A model generated the notes under the pieces. It was not told where the DNA came from. It did no database searches and was given only the letters and a program-made list of their open reading frames with translations. From contig DASRCF010000086.1 in assembly GCA_035653255.1 (NCBI GenBank), positions 1-46,364 of the forward strand: a stretch of DNA of 46,364 nt. Direction: 5' to 3'. The stretch comes from Chloroflexota bacterium. GTDB lineage: Bacteria; Chloroflexota; UBA5177; JAJPKF01. The position numbers and the translations under genes were made by a program. Shown here piece after piece: positions 27,752-35,893 of the stretch (its first letter is position 1; every line of letters starts with the position of its first letter).

Positions 27752-28669
27752 ATGAAGATCACCGTGACGGGAGCCACCGGCTTCATCGGACGCCACCTCG
27801 TGACCGCCCTGGTGGACCGAGGCGATGAGGTGATCGCCCTAAGCCGGCGACCCGATAGGGCGGAAAGCGCTCTTCCCCCTTCGGTCACAACTGCCGGCTG
27901 GGCGCCCCCGCTCGTCGAGCCCGGCTGGTTGACCCTGATCGACGGCTCTGACGCTGTCGTCAACCTGGCTGGAGAGTCGGTGGGCGATCGCAGATGGACG
28001 GCGGAAGAGATGGAGCGGATCGCGTCCAGTAGGAGAGACGTAACCAATGCGATAGTGGCTGCGATTGGTCAGGCCGCGAAACGACCTGACGTCATGGTCC
28101 AGGCATCCGCCATCGGATACTATGGGCCTCGCGGCAGCGAGCGACTCGACGAGGAGAGCCCTCCCGGGTCGGACTTCCTGGCTCGAGTGGAGGCGGATGC
28201 GGAGGCGGCGGCGGCCAGAGCGGAAGAGTTGGGGCTGCGGGTGGTCTACCTGCGAACGGGCATCGTGCTGGGTCTCGACGGTGGCGCACTTCCGAGAATG
28301 GCCATGCCTTTTAAGCTGTTTGCGGGCGGAGTCATGGGGCCGCCCGACCAGATGATTTCCTGGATCCACATCGACGACGAGGTGGGTTTGATCCTATTCG
28401 CGCTTGATGGCGAACTCTCCGGGCCGGTGAACGCGACTGCTCCCGGTTCCGTCTCGATGGCGGAGTTCTCGAGTGCGCTTGGTGCGGCGTTACGCCGTCC
28501 GGTTTGGGTGCCAGCCTTGCCGGTACTGATGAAGCTGGCTTTGGGCAAAAGGGCCGAAGCCGTCTTCGCCAGCATCGACGTGGTGCCCAAGCGGGCACTC
28601 GAGCATGGTTACCAGTTCAAATACACCCAGCTATCGGAGGCGCTGGCGGCCGCTACTCAAACACGATGA
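27752..28669 (+). CDS. TIGR01777/YfcH-family NAD-dependent epimerase (SDR with DUF1731)
   Basis: ATG 27752 follows GGGAG. MKITVTGATGFIGRHLV. C-terminal VVPKRALEHGYQFKY is typical of DUF1731. The upstream part of ORF 27146.. is antisense to the receiver gene and was discarded. Confidence 0.85.
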   Translation: MKITVTGATGFIGRHLVTALVDRGDEVIALSRRPDRAESALPPSVTTAGWAPPLVEPGWLTLIDGSDAVVNLAGESVGDRRWTAEEMERIASSRRDVTNAIVAAIGQAAKRPDVMVQASAIGYYGPRGSERLDEESPPGSDFLARVEADAEAAAARAEELGLRVVYLRTGIVLGLDGGALPRMAMPFKLFAGGVMGPPDQMISWIHIDDEVGLILFALDGELSGPVNATAPGSVSMAEFSSALGAALRRPVWVPALPVLMKLALGKRAEAVFASIDVVPKRALEHGYQFKYTQLSEALAAATQTR

Positions 28670-29741
28670 CCGAGCGCAGCGTCTCGCCGTCATGCATGGC
28701 CCGAAAGGCCTCGGCCGTATCCTCCAGCGATATCGTGCGAGTGACGACGTCGTCGAGGTTGAGTCTGCCTTTCAGATACAGGTCCGTGAGCAGAGGGAAG
28801 TCGCGCGAGGGGAGGCAGTCGCCGTACCAGCTGACGCGCAGCGACCCTCCGAGGCCAAAGAATCGGGCCAGGGGGAGTTGAATCGAAGCCGCCGGCCCGT
28901 GAACGCCGATCATCACGCACGTTCCTGCCAGGTCGCGGCACCAGAGCGCCTGCTCGAGGGTTTGCGCACGTCCCGCGGCCTCAAAGGAGTAGTTGACGCC
29001 ATTACCGCTGGTGATGGCTTTGATCTGGTCCACCGGGTCGCCGTCTTTGGGGTTAACGGTATGAGTGGCGCCGAAGCCGCGCGCCCAGCTCAACTTGTTG
29101 GAAGCGATGTCGACGCCAATGATAGTTTGGGCCTGGGCCAGCGCCGCCCCCTGGATCACGCTGACACCTACCCCACCACAGCCGAAGACGGCCACGCTGC
29201 TGCCCGCCCGGACACCGGCCGCGTACATCGCGGCACCGACGCCGGTCATCACCCCACAGCCGATCGTCGATGCCTGAGGTGGAGGGATCTCGCGCGTGAC
29301 GGGGATCGCCTGACTTGCCGCCACCACGGTGTGAGTGGTGAATGTACCCAACCCCAGCGCAGGTGTCAACGCCTTCCCATCCGACGTCGTCATGCGAGTG
29401 GTCGCATTCAAACTATCGGCGCACAGCTGCGGCGAGCCGACGAGACAGAAACGGCAGCGGCCACATGGCGCCCGCCAGGCCAGAATGACGAAATCTCCCT
29501 CAACAGGCTGCTCGACACCGGGCCCTACCTTCTCGACCACCCCGGAACCCTCATGACCGAGTAGGTACGGGAAGTCATCGCCGACCTCGCCGTCGAGGTA
29601 CATCAAGTCGGTGTGGCAGACGCCGCTGGCAAGAATTCGAACCAGGACCTCCCCAGGGCCCGGCTCCCCGACGGTGATGGTTTCGACCTCTCCCGGACCA
29701 CCGGGTCGGCGAACGACGACTCCCCTGGCGCTTGTTGCCAT
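28653..29741 (-). CDS. Zn-dependent class III alcohol dehydrogenase, S-(hydroxymethyl)mycothiol dehydrogenase-like
   Basis: ATG 29741 follows GGAGAAGG. GVCHTDLMYLDG, LLGHEGSGVVEKVGPGV, FGCGGVG, SWYGDCLPSRDFPLLTDLYLKGRL. Collinear with mycobacterial MscR as I recall it. Its 3' end overlaps the convergent gene by 17 nt. Confidence 0.88.
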   Translation of the reverse strand: MATSARGVVVRRPGGPGEVETITVGEPGPGEVLVRILASGVCHTDLMYLDGEVGDDFPYLLGHEGSGVVEKVGPGVEQPVEGDFVILAWRAPCGRCRFCLVGSPQLCADSLNATTRMTTSDGKALTPALGLGTFTTHTVVAASQAIPVTREIPPPQASTIGCGVMTGVGAAMYAAGVRAGSSVAVFGCGGVGVSVIQGAALAQAQTIIGVDIASNKLSWARGFGATHTVNPKDGDPVDQIKAITSGNGVNYSFEAAGRAQTLEQALWCRDLAGTCVMIGVHGPAASIQLPLARFFGLGGSLRVSWYGDCLPSRDFPLLTDLYLKGRLNLDDVVTRTISLEDTAEAFRAMHDGETLRSVIVFE

Positions 29742-29934
29742 GCCTTCTCCACGCTCGAATCTGAGTGGCCCGATTCTACAATTGGACACTCCAAATGTTG
29801 AAATGTGCTCACCCTCGACCTTCAAGCAAGCCAACACCCCGGGTTCAGCCGGCTGAGGCTACTACAGGAGGTTGCGTTTCACCGACTGGGTTGGCTCCTC
29901 TGAGCACGAGGCGAGCCGGCGGGGGAAGGCGGAG

Positions 29935-30963
29935 ATGACTACCGTCGAGGAGAAAGCTGTCGAGTCCCGGTCTCGGTCCGCCATGCCGGTGGTGTTCTCC
30001 GGCATCCAGCCCTCCGGCTACCTCACTCTGGGCAATTACCTGGGAGCGATCCGGAACTGGGTCGAAGAGCAGGACCGGTTCGACAACATCTTTTCCATCG
30101 TCGACATGCACGCCATCACTGTCCCTCAGGTCCCGGCCGAGCTTCGGTCGAGCATTCTTTCACTGGCAACGGTATTCATGGCGGCCGGCATCGACCCGGC
30201 GCGATCCACCATCTTCGTTCAGTCCGACATAGGCGAGCACGCGATTCTTGCGTGGCTGCTCAACGGAGTGACACCCGTCGGCTGGCTGAACCGGATGACG
30301 CAGTACAAGTCCAAATCGGCCAAGCAGAAGGAGCAGACGAGCGCCGGCCTCTTCGACTACCCGGTCCTCATGGCGGCCGACATCCTCATGTACGGGGCGA
30401 ACTATGTGCCTGTCGGTGAGGACCAGAAACAGCACGTCGAGCTCACAAGAGACATCGCGGAGCGCTTCAACGCCGAGTATGGTGAGACATTTGTGGTTCC
30501 GCGACCGCTGATCCGAGAGGTTGGCGCTCGCATCATGAGCCTCACCGATCCCTCCTCAAAGATGAGCAAGAGCGAGCCTCAGGGTGCCATCGGGCTACTG
30601 GATCCTCCCGAGGTGATCAGCAGGAAGATCATGCGTGCTCAGACCGATTCCTTCACCGATGTCGTGTTTGATCGCTCCCGCCTGGGATTGCACAACCTGC
30701 TGACCATCTATCAGCTGCTCTCCGGGGAGGATGCCGGGTCGGTGGAGCGGCAATTTGCCGGCAAGGGATACGGCGACCTCAAGCGCAGCCTGTCAGAGCT
30801 GGTGGTCGAGTCGCTGCGGCCGCTGCAGGAGCGCTATCGAGAGTTGGAAGCCGAGTCTGGGTACGTGGCCGGCATCCTTCGGAGCGGTGCCGAAAAGATG
30901 GAGCCTAAAGCGCGAGCGCAGGTCGCGCTGGTCAAGGAGCGGATGGGGCTGGGAGTTGAATAG
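29935..30963 (+). CDS. trpS: tryptophan--tRNA ligase
   Basis: VFSGIQPSGYLTLGNYLGA (HIGH-type motif) and KMSKS. Start is ATG 29935 or ATG 29983. Confidence 0.93.
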   Translation: MTTVEEKAVESRSRSAMPVVFSGIQPSGYLTLGNYLGAIRNWVEEQDRFDNIFSIVDMHAITVPQVPAELRSSILSLATVFMAAGIDPARSTIFVQSDIGEHAILAWLLNGVTPVGWLNRMTQYKSKSAKQKEQTSAGLFDYPVLMAADILMYGANYVPVGEDQKQHVELTRDIAERFNAEYGETFVVPRPLIREVGARIMSLTDPSSKMSKSEPQGAIGLLDPPEVISRKIMRAQTDSFTDVVFDRSRLGLHNLLTIYQLLSGEDAGSVERQFAGKGYGDLKRSLSELVVESLRPLQERYRELEAESGYVAGILRSGAEKMEPKARAQVALVKERMGLGVE

Positions 30964-30979
30964 CACGGCTCAAGTCCCA

Positions 30980-31339
30980 ATGACGGCAGTTCGGTCGGAG
31001 GAGCTGTGCCCGAGGTACTGCCGCGCCATCGAGATTCTTGGAAAGCGCTGGACCTGCCTGATTCTGAGCATCCTTCTCCAGGGACCGCATCGGTTCTCAG
31101 AGTTGGAACACTCAGTGCCGGGAATCGGCGGACGGATGCTGACCGAACGGCTCAAGGACCTAGAGAGTCACGGTATTCTGAAGCGCGAGGCGCGTTCCGA
31201 GTCCGCAGGCAGGGTGGAGTATTCGCTAACCTCTAAAGGGTACGGCCTGCGCCGCGTGATCGCGGAGATTCAGAAGTGGGCGGACGAGTGGGACCAACCT
31301 TTAGACCATCTGCTTGAGCCCACGAAACGGTCGATCTAG
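30980..31339 (+). CDS. HxlR-family winged-helix transcriptional regulator
   Basis: CPRYCRAIEILGKRWTCLILSILLQGPHRFSELEHSVPGIGGRMLTERLKDLESHGIL. Confidence 0.88.
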   Translation: MTAVRSEELCPRYCRAIEILGKRWTCLILSILLQGPHRFSELEHSVPGIGGRMLTERLKDLESHGILKREARSESAGRVEYSLTSKGYGLRRVIAEIQKWADEWDQPLDHLLEPTKRSI

Positions 31340-31497
31340 TACTGCAGGTGGAGGCGGACTTGACGGGCCCAGTTCTTGCTTTGCAGTGTGACTACGAGAG
31401 AAGCCAGCTCCTGAGTTAGGCTCTAGGCGGACGAAGTGGTGCGGGGATTGAGGATGGGAGCGTGGTAAGGCCGCGCCGTGGAAAGCGCGTGGTTGAC

Positions 31498-31764
31498 ATG
31501 ACCAACCAGGAGGCTGGAAGTTTCTACGTTGGCCGGGCACGCTTGGCGGAACGTGAAGGTGACATCCCACGAGCGAATCGTCTCTTCCGGACCGCAATCC
31601 TTCATGACCCCCAGAACGGCGAGGCGCGGTCAGGTGCGGAACGCACCGACCGGCTCTGCGAGCACCAGGGCAATGAGGACCCGTACTCTTCGACCGGCCA
31701 CGTCCAGCGCCGCCGTCGGTACCGCAAGAAGCGCAAGCCATGGTGGAAGCGCCTCTTCGGCTAA
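31498..31764 (+). CDS. small hypothetical protein (one TPR-like motif, very basic C-terminus)
   Basis: ATG 31498: MTNQEAGSFYVGRARLAEREGDIPRANRLFRTAILHDPQNGEA...RRRRYRKKRKPWWKRLFG. Codon third positions are GC-biased like neighbouring genes. No obvious RBS. Confidence 0.35.
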   Translation: MTNQEAGSFYVGRARLAEREGDIPRANRLFRTAILHDPQNGEARSGAERTDRLCEHQGNEDPYSSTGHVQRRRRYRKKRKPWWKRLFG

Positions 31765-31877
31765 GCCTGTCCGCCTTCGCTGCTCTCCACGCCGATAAGT
31801 CCAAGCGGGATGGCCAGCCTACGCTTAGACCGGCGACATGCTACGGGCAGCCAGTGGCACTACCATTCGGCCCCTCA

Positions 31878-31921
31878 CTCGAAACCTCAGCTCGAAACTC
31901 GAAACTCGAAACTCGAAACTC
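31878..31921. repeat. heptanucleotide microsatellite (CTCGAAA)n
   Basis: ctcgaaac-ctcag, then four perfect CTCGAAA units (31891-31918), then ctc. Located 75 nt upstream of the rfbB ATG. Confidence 0.95.
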
Positions 31922-31994
31922 ATCATCCCCCGCTATCATGATGCTGATGCTTTTTTGACGGAGCCCGGGAAAGCGGGTACTGCGGGAGAACCTG

Positions 31995-33011
31995 ATGCGA
32001 TTGTTGGTGACGGGCGGAGCCGGCTTTATCGGCTCCAACTTCGTCCGTCTGGCCCTGGCCGGCCGCGCCGATATCTCAGTCACAGTCCTGGATAAGCTGA
32101 CCTACGCCGGCAACCGTGAGAACCTTGCCGGTCTAGACGAGGACGGCCGGCTGCACTTCGTTCAGGGAGACATTTGCGATGCGTCGTTGGTCCATGACCT
32201 CATTGGGGACGTGGACGCGATCATCAACTTCGCCGCGGAGACGCATGTCGACCGCTCCATTCAGGCCTCGGGTGATTTCGTGCGCACCGATGTCGAGGGC
32301 ACGCGGACACTTCTCGACGCGGCTCGGACGAAGGGAGTGCGCCACGTGCAGATCAGCACCGACGAGGTGTATGGCGACATTGCGGCGCCCCTGCGTTCCG
32401 ACGAAACGGCTCCTCTCCGGCCGCGCAGTCCGTATTCCGCCTCGAAAGCGGCAGGAGACCTCATGGTGCAGGCCTACGTCCACACCTATGGACTCGACGC
32501 CATCATCACCCGCTGCTCCAACAATTACGGGCCATTTCAGTATCCTGAGAAGTTGATTCCCCTGTTCATCACCAATGCCCTCGAGGGATTACCTCTGCCC
32601 GTATATGGCGACGGAATGCAGGAGCGGGACTGGCTATTTGTGGACGATCACTGCCGGGCGCTGATGCTACTGCTCGAGAGTGGCCAGCCAGGCGAGATAT
32701 ACAACATCGGGTCTGAGCTGGAGCGCCCGAATCTGGAGGTCGTCAACGCGATCGTGCGACTGACAGGCGCCGATCCCGCCATCATCCGCCACGTTGTCGA
32801 CCGTCTTGGCCACGACCGGAGATACGCGCTCGACTGCTCCAAGCTGCACTCGCTCGGGTGGTCGCCCGCGGTCTCGTTTGCGGATGGTTTGGGGGCCACG
32901 GTGGAGTGGTACAGGGCACACGAATCATGGTGGAGGTCCTGCCGGTCCACTGCCTTTGACACCTACTATGCCGGACAGTACGGCGAACGGCTGGAGACGG
33001 CGCGCGCATGA
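31995..33011 (+). CDS. rfbB: dTDP-glucose 4,6-dehydratase
   Basis: MRLLVTGGAGFIGSNFV, STDEVYG, YSASKAA, about 338 aa. Confidence 0.93.
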   Translation: MRLLVTGGAGFIGSNFVRLALAGRADISVTVLDKLTYAGNRENLAGLDEDGRLHFVQGDICDASLVHDLIGDVDAIINFAAETHVDRSIQASGDFVRTDVEGTRTLLDAARTKGVRHVQISTDEVYGDIAAPLRSDETAPLRPRSPYSASKAAGDLMVQAYVHTYGLDAIITRCSNNYGPFQYPEKLIPLFITNALEGLPLPVYGDGMQERDWLFVDDHCRALMLLLESGQPGEIYNIGSELERPNLEVVNAIVRLTGADPAIIRHVVDRLGHDRRYALDCSKLHSLGWSPAVSFADGLGATVEWYRAHESWWRSCRSTAFDTYYAGQYGERLETARA

Positions 33012-33874
33012 AGGCCCTGATCACGGGTGCAGAGGGACAGCTCGGGGTGGAGCTGGCGAGGCTGATGCCCAAGGCGATTGCCGCCGGCAAATCGACTCTG
33101 GACATCACGGACGAATCGCTGGTATGGACGCGGCTGACGCGATCCAGCCTCGATGTGGTCTTCCATTGTGCGGCCAAGACGGACGTGGATGCGTGCGAGC
33201 GGGACCCCGCCTCGGCCCGTAGGGTCAACACTATTGGAACACGGAACATAGCCACAGTCTGCGGTGCACTGGGCATCCACCTCATCGCCTTGAGCACGGA
33301 CTACGTCTTCGACGGACGGACCAAGCAGGACAACGCCGAGGACGCCGCGGTCCATCCTCTTTCCGTCTACGGCAAGACCAAGCTGGATGCCGAGGAATGT
33401 GTCGAGCAGCTATGTCCGAGTCACGCCATCGTGAGGACATCATGGCTCTACGGCAGCGGACCGAACAACTTCGTCCGTCGGGTGGTCGATGGGCTCAGCC
33501 AGGGAACGCAGATGGGAATGGTGGTGGACCAAATCTCCAATCCGACCTGGGCCCGCGATCTCGCACCGGCTCTGGTCGGCCTGGCGCAGAAGCGAATGAC
33601 AGGGATCTTCCACCTCATGAACGAGGGCGCCGCCTCCCGATACGAGTGGGCTCGTTGCATCGGAGAGCTTGGTGGGTTTGACCCCGGACTGGTTCATGAG
33701 GCGTCCTCTTATCCCGCCCTCGCCCGACGTCCCGGCCGCTCGGCCCTCAGGAACCTCCGTGCCAGTCATCGCGGCCTGACTCTGCGTCCATGGCAGCAGG
33801 CGCTGGCCGAGTACATGAGCTTGGACACCGGAATCCAGGACATGTTGAAAGGAAGCAGTGGCGCCGTAGCCTAG
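33008..33874 (+). CDS. rfbD: dTDP-4-dehydrorhamnose reductase
   Basis: MKALITGAEGQLG, STDYVFDG, YGKTKLDAE. Overlaps rfbB by 4 nt. Confidence 0.9.
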   Translation: MKALITGAEGQLGVELARLMPKAIAAGKSTLDITDESLVWTRLTRSSLDVVFHCAAKTDVDACERDPASARRVNTIGTRNIATVCGALGIHLIALSTDYVFDGRTKQDNAEDAAVHPLSVYGKTKLDAEECVEQLCPSHAIVRTSWLYGSGPNNFVRRVVDGLSQGTQMGMVVDQISNPTWARDLAPALVGLAQKRMTGIFHLMNEGAASRYEWARCIGELGGFDPGLVHEASSYPALARRPGRSALRNLRASHRGLTLRPWQQALAEYMSLDTGIQDMLKGSSGAVA

Positions 33875-33978
33875 ACTTCGCTTGGCGCTCGGTCACCGCT
33901 CCTCAGTCGTGACGGCTCAACGGGCTGCCGGGAGCGACACCCTATGCTTCTTCAATCACGTCCATGAGGAGGTAAGGT

Positions 33979-34905
33979 ATGGCGACGACAACAAAGGAAC
34001 TTCCGCTCCCTGAGTGGTTCCGGGATCCGGATATCAGGGAAGAGATTCGAGCGAGGCTGCGCCGCTTCCTCCAGCTTCCGGTTGCCCTGGCTTCCTTGGT
34101 GCTGCTGCTGTTCGCCGTTATGGAGCTCATGGGAAGTGTCAATCGCCAGTCAGAGTACCAGGTCACGGTTTTGGGGTGGGCTCTTTGGGCATTCATCGCC
34201 GCTGAATTCCTGACGCAGCTCCTCCTCGCCTCGGACAAGCTCAGGTTTCTTAAGGCGAATTGGCTGCTGGCGGTAGTGGTGGTCATTCCGGTTTTGCGCG
34301 TGCTGACCGCCCTCCGCTTGATATCCCTGACCCGCGGCCTTCTGACCGCGCGGCTGGCCCTGAGCGGGGGACGCAACTCAACCGCGTTTATCAGAATCCT
34401 GCGGCGCCGGCATCTGGGGCAGCTCTCCCTGGTCAGCGTGGGCGTGGTCCTGATGGCCGCGGAGCTAGTGGGGATAAGCGAGATCGGCGTGCATGGCGCC
34501 AACATCGGAAATTTCGGCAACGCACTGTATTGGGCGGCGGCAACACTGACCACTGTTGGGTCCAACTTCTACCCGACGACCACCGGCGGAAAGGTCGTCG
34601 CCATTCTACTGGACATGTATGGAGTGGCTGCCTTCACCTATCTGGCCGCGTCGTTGGCCTCCGTTCTGGTTGGGTCAGATCGGGCGACCGGTGCAGCTGC
34701 TCAACCCTCTCCGTCACCGCCCGAGGCTGCCGGCAAGGAGCCGGCAAGTGCCGAGCCTCAGGAGACGCCCCTCTCTATGATGTCCCTGGCCGAGGAGATC
34801 CGGTCTTTGAGCCGGGCTCTGAATGAGCTGCGGGCCACCCTCCAGGCTCACCCGGCGTGGCCCGACGCTCGAGGGGAGAATCCGCCCCCACCGTCAGGGA
34901 GCTGA
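33979..34905 (+). CDS. 6TM ion-transport (voltage-gated-like) channel protein with non-canonical pore filter
   Basis: GAGGAGG upstream. S4-like VLRVLTALRLISLTRGLLTAR, pore NALYWAAATLTTVGSNFYP, then an inner helix. Pro/Ala linker and a C-terminal coiled-coil-like SLAEEIRSLSRALNELRATLQ. Confidence 0.75.
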   Translation: MATTTKELPLPEWFRDPDIREEIRARLRRFLQLPVALASLVLLLFAVMELMGSVNRQSEYQVTVLGWALWAFIAAEFLTQLLLASDKLRFLKANWLLAVVVVIPVLRVLTALRLISLTRGLLTARLALSGGRNSTAFIRILRRRHLGQLSLVSVGVVLMAAELVGISEIGVHGANIGNFGNALYWAAATLTTVGSNFYPTTTGGKVVAILLDMYGVAAFTYLAASLASVLVGSDRATGAAAQPSPSPPEAAGKEPASAEPQETPLSMMSLAEEIRSLSRALNELRATLQAHPAWPDARGENPPPPSGS

Positions 34906-34950
34906 CGCCCTGATTCGTTGCTTGGGCGCTAATGTGAGGTGGGAGGCGCC

Positions 34951-35373
34951 ATGAACGAGAAGCCGTTGGTCAACCGGGTCCGCTCCACCTCAACGCGAGT
35001 GCCGCTGAGGGCTCTCAACCAGGTGAGAAGTCACCACTTCGTCATCGACAGCGCACACGGACCCGACGAGGAGATAACTCCGATCGACGCCTTCCTGTCC
35101 GGCATCTCGTCCTGTGCCGTACATCAGATGGAGATGTTCGCCGAGCAACAGGGTGTGAAGCTCGAGCAGGCGGTAGCCACAATCGAAGCCTTCCGCAGGC
35201 CTGAAGACCCGACCTTCTTCGACCGTGTCGACCTCCACCTCGAGCTTTTCGGGCCCGACCAGGAGCAGGCGGAGCAACTGGTGGAGGCCTTCAAAGGCCG
35301 CTGACCGCTGTATCGTACGGTCGCCGTGGCGACCGCGGTTCACGTGGACGTCGTCGCCCGACCGGCCTCCTGA
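34951..35373 (+). CDS. OsmC-family protein with in-frame TGA at 35302-35304 (candidate selenoprotein, or nonsense-truncated gene ending at 35304)
   Basis: ATG 34951 follows GGGAGG. First family Cys present (GISSCAVHQ). The ORF stops at ...EAFKGR-TGA, and the same frame continues PLYRTVAVATAVHVDVVARPAS to a stop at 35371-35373, which restores the family C-terminus. Confidence 0.6.
35305..35338 (+). other. SECIS-compatible stem-loop immediately 3' of the in-frame TGA
   Basis: GGTCGC (35319-35324), loop cgtg, GCGACC (35329-35334), flanked by CCGC (35305-35308) and GCGG (35335-35338). The loop begins 21 nt after the UGA and contains GU. Confidence 0.35.
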
Positions 35374-35602
35374 CCTGCACTAACAGGTGGCAGGCCATCG
35401 CCCCTTAGATTGACTACCACCGTTCACGGCTGCCGCGACGGAAGGCGCCAAGCTGGACGTCTTCTCGTGGAGTTTTGCGAGCCCAAGTACCTGTTGACAC
35501 TCGGGCAGCCTCATGATCGGCTTTGGGGCACGAGAGTTTCTCATGCCGATCGAGATACCGTGCTCACGTGGGCTGCAGTTGCTGCAACGAGGGAGTGGTG
35601 GG

Positions 35603-35893
35603 CTAAGCTTCCACCGGTTTCAGGTAGCCCTCGTCAGTGAAGAGGCGCTTGGCTTCGTCGAGCGTGATGTCCGAAGGCGGCAGGATCAGGTCCGATCCCA
35701 CCACCTGCTCGTCGGGCACTTCGGTCCCGTTGTTGATGACGTAGTCCACGAGGGCACTGAGCTTGCCCGCGAAGGCTTCCGCGTCATCACCCTGAACCGC
35801 GTCGTAGAGCTGCCGGTCGAGGTCCTCGAGAATAGGCCGAGCGTCCTGGTCGAGCTCATACTGCCCTTCGCCCCCCTGGATGCGGACGATCAT
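35603..35893 (-). CDS. pspAA: PspA-associated protein PspAA
   Basis: MIVRIQGGEGQYELD...LILPPSDITLDEAKRLFTDEGY matches my recollection of the PspAA family. Overlaps the pspA stop by 4 nt. Confidence 0.75.
   Translation of the reverse strand: MIVRIQGGEGQYELDQDARPILEDLDRQLYDAVQGDDAEAFAGKLSALVDYVINNGTEVPDEQVVGSDLILPPSDITLDEAKRLFTDEGYLKPVEA

Noticed and set aside
28653-28669. 17-bp 3'-end overlap of the convergent epimerase and ADH genes as a regulatory feature.
   Set aside because: Short convergent overlaps are common in compact high-GC genomes, and no additional structure was seen.
29742-29934. Possible T-box leader or Trp attenuator upstream of trpS.
   Set aside because: I found no T-box 14-mer (AGGGUGGNACCGCG-like), no AG-bay or distal-loop motifs, and no Trp-rich leader peptide. 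The 190-nt region is shared with the divergent ADH promoter.
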